Source: Chiloscyllium plagiosum (taxonomy: Eukaryota). Taken from it: a DNA stretch of 64,000 nt. Numbering within the stretch: position 1 is the stretch's first letter; each line of letters opens with the position of its first letter. This document shows positions 35,041 through 47,261 of the stretch, one piece after another. The DNA lies in NCBI RefSeq assembly GCF_004010195.1, contig NC_057728.1, positions 46,732,349 through 46,796,348 on the forward strand. The letters are read 5' to 3'. A program made the position numbers and the translations under genes. The notes below the pieces were generated by a model. It saw only the letters and a list, made by a program, of their open reading frames with translations, searched no databases and was not told where the DNA came from.

Positions 35041-37287
35041 CTCCATCATGAAGACATTAAATACTCTGGGTGTTTTGCATAAAACACACTGTTCAGAGTG
35101 TAAACCAATATAATGGTCAATACTCTAGTGTGTCTGTGTAAAGACACCTAGAGCTAGCCTACAGCTGGTCTACACATCTATGACAGTACTATTCAGCTGC
35201 AAGCTCAAGCTTGCATACGAAGTTTCATTTTCCTCAGCCTTTGGATGCAACATTGGAAAAGCTGTCCTTTCTGCTTCATTGAATGCTGCCAGTGGGTTGA
35301 ATGGCATTACGTGCACTTTCACTGATCCTCACCCCAACCCCACATCCCCAGTATTGAGTAAAATCCCAGAGTCCACAACCAATTGAAAAAGATTTCACAT
35401 CTTCTCTCCAATCCAGCACTCCGAATGATTCCTTACCCCATTAGCTGCAGTCGCTCTTCACAACCAATCAACCACCAAACAGAAAAGCAACCTGAAACAA
35501 ACAGATGTTGAAGAAAGGGGCAGACAATAAAAATAGATCCCGATCCTTCCAAACAGGCTTTCCTGTGCCCCAGCTGCCCACAAAATTAAGCATCAGTCTC
35601 CTCAGTCTTGCCAACTACCAGAATGACCTCTTGATCTTCTCATGATCTTACCTATGAAGAATCTGCCATCACCTGTGCAGTCTGCAAGCTGCATGTTAAT
35701 TACACTAAGTTATTCAGTATCATACACCACAATTAAAATCCTACCAAGGCTGGGAATTACACTGTGCTGTTTGCTTATTAATACTTATCATGTGTATATC
35801 AAATGACTTTGTCCCTTCTGATTTACAATTACCTAAAGCAAGACAACATTTACAAATGCATCTTACATTGAAATCTTAAAGGAGTCTTTTAAATCTCCAT
35901 TAAACAATTATATGTTTGTCCGCAATTTGATTACTAAATTTTCAAACAATGTACCTCCCAATTTTTTTTAAATTTCAAAATCCTACGTGCTTTCCACTGT
36001 CATTTGACATGTTCAGAATGCTGTGCGTTGTGCGGGTAATTGCTGAGTTGATTCCAATGGCGCTATATTTCATCCCAGTTCAGTCGTATTGAGGCTCAGA
36101 TTTGGGTAATTGGTTATATGTACAGTGAAGTTGACAGAAGTGGTGATAAAACATCACTTTAAGAGAAGAGCGGATGAAAGTGAGATAGAAAATGAAGAAT
36201 AGCTTCATGTGAAAAAAGGACAAAGCTAAGAATAGAAAGATTAGAAAAACAAAGTAAGCCTGTTTACTGACATTTTGTGTGGAGTACCATAAAGATTTAT
36301 TATAACAGTTCAGAATTTCTTGTTCTCCTTTCATATTTCTAGCCAATTTATTTCTTAAACCTTCCATCGAAGATTTGTAGATATCTTCAAACACTTTCCT
36401 TTGTGGTTCTAAATGATATAGATCAAGAAGGCTCCAATTAAACTTCTGATGCAGTCTTCTGTCCTTTCCTGACTGCCTCACGTGTTTCCAATTTTGCTGT
36501 AAATACATTCGGTGTACTTTTAATACTTGCTCACTCAATTGCCATTGGTTCTCATTTTTTTTTATCTGTCTAACCAAAACCATTTACTTCCTCAATGGAA
36601 AACAATCGCAATACATATTGAACATGCCATTCACTAATGAATTAACATCACCAATGCTGCCTGCAAAATTGTGACAGGTATTTACAGGTGTCTGGTTAGA
36701 TTGTAACAGCAGTCCAGGAAATCTTCTGTTCAAACAAATGTTCTGAGTCCTTCTGTCTGTCATTGAGGTACTTTGCTGCTACCACCCCCTTTCCGTGACA
36801 GGGTCTAAGTTTGTGTTTGTAGTGGCAGAAGAAAATCACAGGGAGTCACATAAATAAGTTAGACATTGGCACAAAACCATGTGCAGATCTAGGATAACAG
36901 GTCTGTCCTCTGCAAGATCCTTCCTGACCCAAAGCCTCATAACATCATGAGACTGAGTGGAGCATAATACAGTCTCCAGTGTTAACCCTCTCAGAACCGC
37001 TACCTTAAAAAACAGAGATGATGTTCCAAATGTTAAATAATCTTTTGCTTCCTGAGCCACCATGGGGAAGTCTTTGGCAAAGCGCATGTCAAGATTCACG
37101 GCAATTTTCTGCATGGAGGCCACCAGCTATTCCCCCACAGATTGTCCTCTTCTCAATGGGAATGAGGAATGAGGGAGGAAGCAGCCAACATAGACCTCTC
37201 TGTGTTTGAGGTATCCTGTTCCAATGCAATTAGTATGTGTCCAATGCCCCTTTCACCACCATTCTCAGTAATCACCTTCACCATGTG

Positions 37288-37612
37288 GGCGGCACGGTGG
37301 CACAGTGTTTAGCACTGCTGCCACTGCTGCCTCATAGCGCCAGAGACCCGGGTTCAATTCCCGCCTCAGGCGACTGACTGTGTGGAGTTTGCCCATTTTC
37401 CCCGTGTCTGCGTGGGTTTCCTCCGGGTGCTCCGGTTTCCTCCCACAGTCCAAAGATGTGCAGGTCAGGTGAATTGGCCATGCTAAATTGCCCGTAGTGT
37501 TAGGTAAGGGGTAAATGTAGGGGTATGGGTGGGTTGCGCTTCGGCGAGGCGGTGTGGACTTGTTGGGCCGAAGGGCCTGTTTCCACTCTGTAAGTAATCT
37601 AATATAATCTAA
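37288..37612 (+). mobile_element. HE1-type SINE, young and CpG-rich
   Basis: A box, B box ggttcaattcc, the conserved core and a taatct tail. Confidence 0.97.
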
Positions 37613-37904
37613 AAAAAACCCTGTTGTTGAACCTCAAGTGTTTGTTGGTCACAATGAAAGAACTAAATAAAATCCATCACAAAGTACATATCTTAAATCA
37701 AATTTATATGTGAAATCATAGCATGTTGCATAAAAAAACACACGCTGTGCATTCTCTTTGTTCCTGACCTGAACACGATCACTCCTAATGATTGAGATAT
37801 GGTTTTGAAAGTTATTGACTTTGAGCATCTCTGTCCCTAGAAGGCAGTCTGGACTGGCTGGACAGCTGGAAACAGTAAGGACATACACAAAGTGCCATAC
37901 CTCT

Positions 37905-38520
37905 CAGAGTCATAGATAGTTACAATACAGAAGGAGGCCATTTGGCCCATCATGTCCATACCTTTCAACAAAAATCTGATTATACTAATCCTATTTATCA
38001 CCTTTTGGCTGCAAGCCCTGGAGACTAAGACAAAGCAAGTGAATGGATAAATGCTGCTTTAATGGATCGAGAGTTTCTGACTGAAGCACCCTTTCAGTCA
38101 GTGAACTCGAGGCTCCCACCACTATCTGGGAGAAACTTAACTCTCGTCTCACCTTCTACTTTTTACCTTAAATCTATGCTCCCTGATTATTGACTCTTCT
38201 ACTGATGGGAAAATCCACCATATCCCTCACCATCTGATATTCTTCTATCATGATTCCCTTCAACCTTCACAATTCCGAATAAAACAACCCCAGTCCCTCT
38301 TCGCTCAGATCCTCCAGCCCAGGCAGCATCCTGGTAAATTTCCTCTGCACTCTGTCTAGTGCAATCACATCATTTCCTTAATGTGGTGGCCAGAACTGCA
38401 CAGAAAACACCAGTTGTGACTTAATGAGCATTTTATACATTTCTAGCATAACCTCCTTGCTCTTGTGTTTTAAGTCTTGGCTAACAAAGGAAAGTATCCC
38501 CTATACCTTTTTATCCATCT
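37905..38520 (-). mobile_element. Degenerate CR1 3' region
   Basis: agagtcatag tail; ccaggcagcatcctggtaaat and cagaactgcaca motifs. Confidence 0.85.
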
Positions 38521-38599
38521 CAGCTAAGAGGATTTTTCTGACAATCAACATGGTCTGTTAATTGAGGATATTTATAAAGTTCAAATTCCACCATCTATC

Positions 38600-38980
38600 T
38601 TTTTTGTGTATTCACTTGTGGGATTCAGATATAGCTGGCTGGCTAGCATTTTATTATCTGTCCCTAATTGCCCTTGATAAGATGGTGGTGAGCTGTTGCC
38701 TTCAACCACTGCAGTCCACCTGATGTGGGTTGACCCAAAATGGCCTTGAGGAGGGAATTCCAGGATTTTGACCCAGCGACGGTGAAGAAACAGCAATGTA
38801 TTTCCAAGTCAGGATAGTGAATGGCTAAGAGGAGAACTTGAGATGGTGGTGTTCCCCTGTAACTGCTGCCCTTGTCCTTATAGATAGAAGTGGCCATGGA
38901 TTTGGAAGCTGCTGTCTCAGGATCTTTGGTGAATTTCTGCAGTACATCTTGCTGATAATACACACTGCTGCCACAATGTC
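38600..38980 (-). mobile_element. LINE 3' fragment sharing its tail with the DeuSINE-like SINEs
   Basis: AGSKSWNSL..LQWLKATAHHHLIKG. Homologous to 46800-47240 and 58950-59370. Confidence 0.8.
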
Positions 38981-39221
38981 AGATACTAAAAGATGAAAGT
39001 TAAGCAAAAATATAATTCCTGTATCTTCCCAGGAAGAATTATCAGTACCAGTGACAGAGATCAAGGCAAGTAAAAGGCAATCGTCAAGTTGTGTGACTGA
39101 GGATGTAAACAGGTTGGTTCCACCTGGAATGCAAACAATGTAGACAGATAAAAACATCCAATCCTGAATTAAAAAGTTGACATAAAGACTGTACACACAT
39201 CAAGACAAATTTGCTCTCATA

Positions 39222-39600
39222 CAGAAACATAAAAGTAGGAACAGCAGCAGGCCATTCAGTCCTTCAAGCCAGCTCCACCATTCAGTACAATCATGGGTGA
39301 TCATCCTACTCAGTCCTTTCTTTCATCCCATACCGTACAACCCCAAGAACTATATCTAAGTCCTCCCTGAAAGCATTCAGCACTTTGGCCTCAATTACTC
39401 TGTGACAGAGAATTCCACAGGCTCGTTACTTTCAAGTGAAGAAATTTCTCCTTCTCTCAGTGATAAACCTATCATATTTCTTTCAATTGTAACTCCAGTT
39501 CTGGACACCCCTGTCATGGGCAACATCCTTCCTGTATTTACCAAGTCTACTCCTGTCAGAATTGTATAGCTTTCTGTAAGATCCTCATTCATTCTTGTAA
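39222..39600 (-). mobile_element. CR1 3' fragment
   Basis: DLTESYTILTGVDLVN..SRTG C-terminal motifs and a tail. Confidence 0.85.
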
Positions 39601-40379
39601 GACCTAGACTGAGAATGACGATTGATCACACAGACTGAGGATGTGGTGCTTAAAGCATGAAGCCACCAAAGACGTGCGATGACCCATGTCCATAGATTCA
39701 GGACACAGTCAAGATGAATTTGGCTGGCTCAGTACTCAAGGATATTATCAAACAGTCACTGCTTGTTTGGTGATCCATCAAAAATAGATAAATGAATGAC
39801 TTAACCTTTCCAGCTTCATTATAACTCACATTACTGTTTACTAATGTTTATTGCAAATCTTTCTGCCAGTCTGTCTTTGGAGGTCAGATGATAGGCAAAG
39901 ATAAGGGAGACTGAAATTGGAATAATTTCAAATATGAAAGGGCAGTGAGTAACTGTCGACTTAGTTAGATATACATTCAAAAGTAATTATACTGACTGGT
40001 CGAGAGATCCAGGATTCTGCAAATTGCTTCAACAGCAAAACCATTTCTATGAAGGAATTTTCTCAGAATAAAAGTCCTCCAGAAGTTACAATACTAACCA
40101 GTGCAGGAAAAGATGCCTTTTTTGGTGGAGGATATGCAACAGATTAATGGTCCTCTGTTTTTAATGTACACCATGGAACAGACTGTATAAGAGTGTAGGC
40201 ATTTTAAAGGGCTAATATTGAGGAGTGCTTTAGGCATCATCCATTATTATAATGTGTGCGGGGGAAATAGCTTTTGATCTTGAAGGAGCAGGACTGAACG
40301 TTGAGATCTCCCTAATAGTTTCAATAACAATGTCTATCATACCAATGTGACCTCTTCGCCATTTTGAAATAAAATTCAG

Positions 40380-40900
40380 TTTCTTTAAGATAAGTGCCTC
40401 ATTTCACTCAACAACAATATCGTTTTCCTCTATCACTTCATGCCAAGCAAACCCAATAGATCCTGACCGAGAAAGAGAATGGTGGCATCAAATCTACCAA
40501 ATGGATCTCACACTATGATGAGGTGTGTTCAGGTTTAATCTTACGGCACATATTAGAAAGTATTTTGGATGTGGGCTGAGATGAGAAGGTAAAATAGGTA
40601 TGAGCATACTATTATCTTCAATAGCGAAGGTTCTGTCAATAGCCAGAGCCTCATCACAGATACTCGAATGATGGTGAGTACTGTCCCCTCCATGGAAGTC
40701 AAGTCATGAATCCCCAGCAGCAAGGCTTTGTTGCATTTCAGATGTGTACCAACTTATCCTATAAACGAGTATGTGTCATTTAGTATGATTCACTGTGGTT
40801 GACTGATGCAGCTATCATGGTTGAATAGCTGGCAGCATGTGCAAACTGTGAAATGTGAGTATAAGGCTTAAGGAAGTGCTAAGTAGGCACATGTGATGAG
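40380..40900 (-). mobile_element. Second Harbinger Myb-gene relic
   Basis: IHDLTSMEGTVLTII..IED then GTATG. 40790-40900 aligns with 16510-16640 (catggttgaatag.tggcag). Confidence 0.55.
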
Positions 40901-41064
40901 ACTTCATATGAAAACAAACCAGATTAAATGTCAGGAGGTATTTCTTTTCCTGGCAAATTATTGACCTGCTGTCCAAGTTGTTGGATCATGCAGTTGGTAC
41001 TGATTGGAGCTACCATTCAGTAGGGAGCTGGACATTAACCGAACTGTAGCCAACATTCAAAATA

Positions 41065-41265
41065 AATAAAACCAAAGAACTGTGGATGTCGGAGATCTAA
41101 AACAAAATTAGAAATTGTTGGTGAAACTCAGCAGGTCTGGCAGCATATTTGGTGACAACATAGAGATAAGATGAAAGGACACTGAACTCGAAACATTAAC
41201 TCTGCATACTCCCCCAAAATGCTGCCACACCTGCTGAGTCTTGCCTGCAATTTCTGTTTGTAATT
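41065..41265. mobile_element. Penelope-derived palindrome
   Basis: aaactcagcaggtctggcagcat is inverted as atgctgccacacctgctgagt. Confidence 0.75.
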
Positions 41266-41639
41266 CAAAATAAATGCTGCTTAAGTCAAGCACTAAAATA
41301 ATTACATTTTCAATAATATTCTTGAGAATGCATTTTATTTTAATCTATCTAAATCGATAGTTATTCACAGACTTTTTCATGTTTGAAATGTTGCCAGTTT
41401 CACTCTCTCTTATCTTTGCCTTTCATCTGATCTCCAAAGACAGACTGGCAGGTCGATTTGCAATGACATTAGTAAACAGTAATGTGTGTTATAATGAAGC
41501 TGGAGAGGTCAAGTCATCTATGTAACTGTTTTCCTGCTTGACCAGCTTGGATGGCTTTTATGACCGACAAATGAAATGTTTCAGAAGGAGCACAAAACAG
41601 GACATCAGCTCACTTAATTTAATTTTAATCTTTTACATC

Positions 41640-41798
41640 AGAGAGAGGTTTTTTTTGTTAAGCAAAGGTACTAAGGGATACGGGCCAAAAGCAGGTATAT
41701 GGATTTAGACCACCAGTCAGCCATGATCTCATTGAATGGCAGATCAGGCTTGAGGGGCTGAATGGCCTGCTCCAGTCCCTATGTTCCTATGTTGCTAT
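41640..41798 (+). mobile_element. CR1 3' UTR fragment
   Basis: tcagccatgatctcattgaatggc..ggctgaatggcct and a (cctatgtt)n tail. Confidence 0.85.
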
Positions 41799-41899
41799 GA
41801 TTTTAAGTTGAAAATAATGATGGATTTGAAAGCTTGTGATCTGCAATCATACTTTACATCACTATATTGCATACATCTAAGGTTTTCATCTGCAATACA

Positions 41900-42420
41900 A
41901 GCCACAACTGTACCTATAGAATTAGTCACTCCTACATTGATACCTTCCTTTATTAACAAAGTTACCCCATATCCTGTTCCTTTTTGCCTATTCTTCTGCA
42001 ACATCAAATACCCTTGAACATTGAGTTCCCAATCTTGGTCACAGTTATGTAGTACCGATCATGTCATATTAGTTTTTTTTATGCTATCAACGAATGCTGC
42101 GTGCATTTAGATAAAAAGCCGTGAGCTTTGACTTTTTATATTGTTACTTACTCTGGTTCTAATTTCTGTTGCACTGTTCCACATATATTTTGTCCTCTGC
42201 CTGTCACATTCTTTCACCTCGTCACTGCCCTGCACCAGTACTTCCTCATTTCGTTTTGATTTTCCGAACTTCCCTTCAAATGAATTGATTCACCTCCATT
42301 AATTAGTTCAAAGTCCCTTTTACAACCAGTTATATATTTCGGCAACACACTGGTCCTTGCATTGTTCAAATAAAACTCTTCCAAATGGGAGAATTCTTTT
42401 GTTCCCCCAGTACCAGTACT
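41900..42420 (-). mobile_element. Old CR1 endonuclease/ORF1-junction fragment
   Basis: KNRQKGTGYGVTLLIKEGI, and minus-strand YLNARSI. Confidence 0.7.
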
Positions 42421-42431
42421 AAGATATCATT

Positions 42432-42650
42432 ATTTGGAGATGCCTGTGTTGGACTGGGGTGTATAAAGTTAAAAATCACACAACACCAGGTTATAGTCCA
42501 ACAGGTTTAATTGGAAGCACACTAGCTTTCGGAGTGACACTCCTTCATCAGGTGATTCAATCACCTGATGAAGGAGCGTCGCTCCGAAAGCTAGTGCTTC
42601 CAATTAAACCTGTTGGACTATAACCTGGTGTTGTGTGATTTTTAACTTTA
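42432..42650. mobile_element. Penelope-derived palindrome with two hammerhead cores
   Basis: Inverted arms 42465-42557 and 42559-42649. Flanked by taagatatcatt (42420-42431 and 42649-42660), a probable TSD. Confidence 0.88.
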
Positions 42651-43260
42651 AGATATCATTGGCCTTGGTAGGAATTGTTGAATCCTCTCAGGCCACAGAA
42701 GAGTTTGCAGAGGACTGCAGCAGTGCTCACATTGTCCCATTATTAAAAACGAAAAGAAGCAATATATATATAAAGCTCAGCAGGAGGTCTTTCAGCCATC
42801 ATAGTCATGCTGGTCAACAAATTCCATCTTCCAGATATTTGACCATCACCCTGGAGACCACAGCATTTATGAGATAAGGTGTCACATGGTGAGACCAGTC
42901 AAGATGTTAAGAGCCCATGTGATCCAGGGTAATTTGGTAAATTGGATCTATAAATGGCTTTGTGGCAAGAGGCAGAGAGTGATGGTCAAAGATTGTTTTT
43001 GTGATTAGCTTCCAGTGTATACCACACCATTCAGTGCTAATTCCCTTGCTGTTTGTAGTGCACAATAATGAATGTCGGATGTAAGATCAGTAAGTTTGTA
43101 CATGACATGAAAATTTGTTATGCGGTAAACAGTGAAGAGGGAAGTCTTGGATTACAGGACAATATAGATGGGCTGGTCAAATGGGTAGCAAATCGAAATT
43201 AATCCTGAAAAGTATGGGATGAAGCACTTTGGGAGGACTGACATGGCAAGGGAATACATG

Positions 43261-43572
43261 GGGCGGCACGGTGGCACAGTGTTTAGTACTGCTGCCTCAC
43301 AGCACCAAGGTCGTAGGTTCAATTCCAGCCTTGGGTGACTGTCTGTGTGGAGTTCGCACATTCTCCGTGTGTTTGCGTGGGTTTCCTCCGGGTGCTCCGG
43401 TTTCCTCCCACAGTCCAAAGATGTGCAGGTCAGGTGAATTGGCCATGCTAAATTTCCCATAGTGTTAGGTGCAATAGTCAGAGGGAAATGGGTCTGGGTG
43501 GGTTACTCTTCGGAGGGTCGGTGTGGACTTGTTTGGCCAAAGGGCCTGTTTCCACACTGTAGGGATTCTAAT
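43261..43572 (+). mobile_element. HE1-type SINE
   Basis: A/B boxes and core as at 37288. Confidence 0.96.
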
Positions 43573-44134
43573 CATGATGAAGGGTAAGATATAGGAAGCA
43601 AAGAATCAGGTAGAATGCATATTCATAGAGCCTTGAAGGCAACAGGATAAATGGATAAGCTGCTTAAGATTGGATATTTGTCTTTATTCATCGAGACATT
43701 GAATGTATGAGCAAGGACACTATGGTGTAACTGTGTAAGATATTTGTTAGGCCACAGTTGCGTGCAGTTCTGGTCAGCACACTATATGAAAGAATGTACT
43801 TGCACTCAAGAGGATGCAAACGAGATTCACCAGGATGTAACCTGGGTTGGAGCTATTCAGCTATGAAGAGAGAGCTAGATAGGTTCACGTTGTATTCCTT
43901 ACAGCAGAGGAGATTGAGGGGAACCTGATTGAGTTTTATAAAATTCTGAGGGACAGAAACAGGTAGATAAGAAGAAACATTCCCCTTTAGTTGAGGGAAG
44001 AATATTCAGGGGGCATAGATTATAGGAAAGGGAAGTGGTTTAAAGAAATAATTTTTCACTCGGAGGGTGCGGGGGGTATCTGGAACTCACTGCCTTAAAG
44101 TGTGGTCGAGGTGGTAACAATCAGAACGTTTAAG

Positions 44135-44276
44135 AGTTAAAATTCACACAACACCAGGTGCTACTCCTTTGACAGGTAGCTCCAAAAACTAGTGCTTCCA
44201 AATACCTGTTGGACTATAATCTGGTGTTGAGTGATTTTTAAGTTTGTCCACTCCAGTCCAACACCAGCATCTCCAC
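44135..44276. mobile_element. Penelope-derived remnant
   Basis: Same family as 42432-42650, in reverse orientation and partly deleted. Confidence 0.8.
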
Positions 44277-46799
44277 AACATTTAAGAGGGGATCAGATGA
44301 AATGCCAAAGGGTGCAAGTCTATGGTCTAAGTGCTAGAACATGGGACAAGAGCAGAAAGACAGTTAATGACCTGTGGTTGAAGGCAAGTAGTCAGGTCTG
44401 GCAACAGGGAGGTGGTATTGGGTGCTGTGCAGGACGGGGGGGGGAGCAGTCAAGTCAGGTAACCAGGCAGGGACATCCAGTGGCGGGGCAGAGCACAGGT
44501 CTTAGAGGGTAGTGTTGTGAGTCCCACGGGCCAGGGGACAATGTTCACCTGGTGTGCTGGGACATTGAGCTACAGTTCAGGAAGCTGCTGTCACACAAGG
44601 CCCTCAGAAGACTGCACAAGAAGGAAAATATTAGAAGGGACGTTGCTGTCAGTTCCCAAGATTGGACAGAGCAGAAGAGAGGGTGCAGGTCAATTTGGGA
44701 TCAGTTACTCCATGAGTTAGTCTAGAGCATTTAATCATATACATTTGCCTTAGAAACTATTTACTTAACTGCACCAGAACCCTCTGAGTTCTCTTATTGA
44801 AATGAACACTTTGGAGGGTTCTAGGTGTCAGGGAATTGACAGCAGAATCTTCAATTTTCAGAAACTTCCTTCAGAATTTGCTATATTGCAAATTCCGCAA
44901 GGTCCAAGTGCAGACCTCCCATCTATGTTTCAGAAACTGTTCTCTGGGCCATTGTCTGCTTTCGCTGTAAAGGTCAATTTCTGATTGGCAGCATCATGTA
45001 CAGATCTCAGCGCAGCAGCATTTACAGCACAGAGTAAGGCATGTGTGAACTGTACATCTTGGAAAAGGGGTCAAATGGTCATTAATTCTTTCGAAAAAGA
45101 ATTGATATGTTGTTGGTTGGGAATAGAACTGAAGACTGTGGAGAGGCAGATTCTTGGCAGATGAAAAAGCAAGCACAAGTATTATTATCCCTTAAGACCT
45201 GTAGACCAGTGTTACATTTGTAGCCTCACTTCTGGAATTTGCTGAAATGGAAATTTGAAGCAACTTATACAGAGTGATCCCACACAAGGTCAAGTTGGCA
45301 GATACCCCACAAAATGGATTCTATTCAATCTGTGAGATAGTAAATTTAATGGGCTTAATTATCCATCTTTGTTTTCATAATATATTTACAATAAATATAG
45401 CTTTTTTGTATCATATAGATTCAAATATTTGGAATGAAGATATTTCATCAAAGTTTATTGTGAAAGCACATTGAAAATCGTGTTGGCGTGATAATCAATT
45501 TACATCAGAGTTGTTTACTTTGAGGTTTGAGCTGAAAATTGTACTGAGGTCAGTTTTCATCTTCACTGCCTAAGTCATAATCTGACAGCCTCGGTATCCA
45601 ACAATTTGATATTTTCTAAAAGGCATGAAGTCTGTTAATCCAGACTAACAGCCAAGAGAACAATACTTGTATTTTGTCCTCTTTATTAATCAAATGCTAA
45701 GTAAACAGGGAACTTAAATTTTATTAGGTTTAATTGGCTTGGTCATTTCCAGGTTTAATCAATTTTCTGCCGTGAGTTTTGTTCACTTCATGTCTGACAG
45801 GTCATGTCTCAGTTATGTAACTTGTCATTGCTGCAAAGCTAAATTAATTGGTCTTTAACAGCAAAGAACAGCACTTAAAATTCATTATTATCTTAACACA
45901 AATCAAAGGCATTTCTAATTTCATGACAAATTGCAAATAATTTTTTTTAAATTCAGTATTTATTTGTGAAACAAAAATTTGTTATAATCCAGTTATTATG
46001 AAAATGTCGGGAATAGCTTATTGTTCATGCACATAAGAATGCCTGGTTCATTTTGAATCCTACTTTTCAAAAACCTTTTAATAGGACATGACATATTCTC
46101 ATATGAATATCGGATAATTTGAGGTAAATACTTTGTCTTCGGTTGGCATGTTGGCCTTTGAGTCAAAATACTTACATGGTATGACAGAATGACTGAACAA
46201 ATACCACTATGGAGAAGATGCAATGTGGCAATTTAATATAGCTGAATGATTCACTAAGCACCAGCTACAGATTAGGGCATATTAACATCACACACTCACC
46301 TCTGAAAGGAAGCCAACTAATTAGTATTTTTTCAATGTCAACCTGAGGTAATGGTTAAGATTATTTTTCAGTCGCTTTTACAAGCTCAAGTTGTATTCCA
46401 TCCTCTCTCCTCCTCAACTAAATATAGATGAATAGAAATTGGTCTCCATTTTTGGGTCCATAACGATCAATGGCTGATCATTTCTGACTAAATTGCAAGG
46501 CCCAAGAATAATTTAAAGTTGTCCAGGAGTGTTGGCATCTGCCATACTCCACAGGCAGCTCAAGAATTTATGCAAAAACAATATCAGTTAGTATGGCTCA
46601 TTTACAGTGGGCCTGAGATAGACACAACAAATGGGCAAGAAGTTGTGATCATAATATGTCATTCAGTCAATGTCTCACTCCTGGTTTATGAGAAACATTT
46701 AAAGAAATGAAACTGTTTGTAGTAGACACAATGGATGAGTGGTGGAGAGGGTATCATAGTGAGTTGGGGATGGTGGTGGGACAGCACCAACAATTTTGG

Positions 46800-47256
46800 G
46801 GTGTGGGAGGTTACCAATGACCTGAAACTGAACTGGAATCACCATGCAAATACTTCGGCCAAAAGAGCAGGTCAGAGGCTAAGAACCCTGCAACAGGTAA
46901 CTTGCCTCCTGACTCCCCAAAGCCTGTTAACCATCTATTGGCACAAGTTAGGACTGTGGCAGAACACTCCTCGCTTGCTTGCATGAGAACAGCTCCAACA
47001 AAACTCAATAAGCTTGACACCATCCAAGGCAAAGCAGCCCAGCTCATTGGCATGACATACACAAACATTCACTCCCTCTACTATTTCATTGGCAGCAGTG
47101 TGTACCATCAACAAGATACACTGTAGATATTCTCCAACATGCTTTAGACAGCATTTTCCAAACCCATGATCATTATCATTTAAAAGGACAAGATTAGGAC
47201 ACATATTGGGACACCATCACTTGCAAGTTACCCTCAAAGTCACTCACCATCCTGAT
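46800..47256 (+). mobile_element. LINE C-terminal fragment, continued at 48230-48370
   Basis: LKLNWNHHANTSAKRAGQRL and KLDTIQGKAAQLIG. Split by CR1 47262-48200. Confidence 0.8.
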
Positions 47257-47261
47257 TCAGA

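Larger units (their letters stand above)
30235..37200 (-). pseudogene. Candidate decayed, intron-poor coding region (tentatively KIAA0825/DUF4495-like) split by transposon insertions
   Basis: Eight minus-strand ORFs lie in mostly non-repeat DNA. One frame (36583-35833) has 5 stops in about 250 codons and another (34488-33440) about 10 in 350. Weak colinear resemblance to recalled KIAA0825, judged by eye only. Confidence 0.4.
42660..44360 (+). mobile_element. Degenerate CR1 with nested SINE and Penelope insertions
   Basis: Decayed IVPLLK, QRVMV, SKFVHDMK and C-terminal motifs. Confidence 0.8.

Noticed and set aside
41420..41620. TEA-domain-like text (I*SP, RSTKQDISS)
   Set aside because: The invariant YGRNELI core is absent.
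30235..46710. Alternative genetic code (TGA=Trp, TAA/TAG=Gln) or an endogenous giant-virus/HGT gene block
   Set aside because: Those stops are the commonest transition mutations, and frameshifts co-occur. No viral hallmark genes were seen, and the underlying homologies are unproven.
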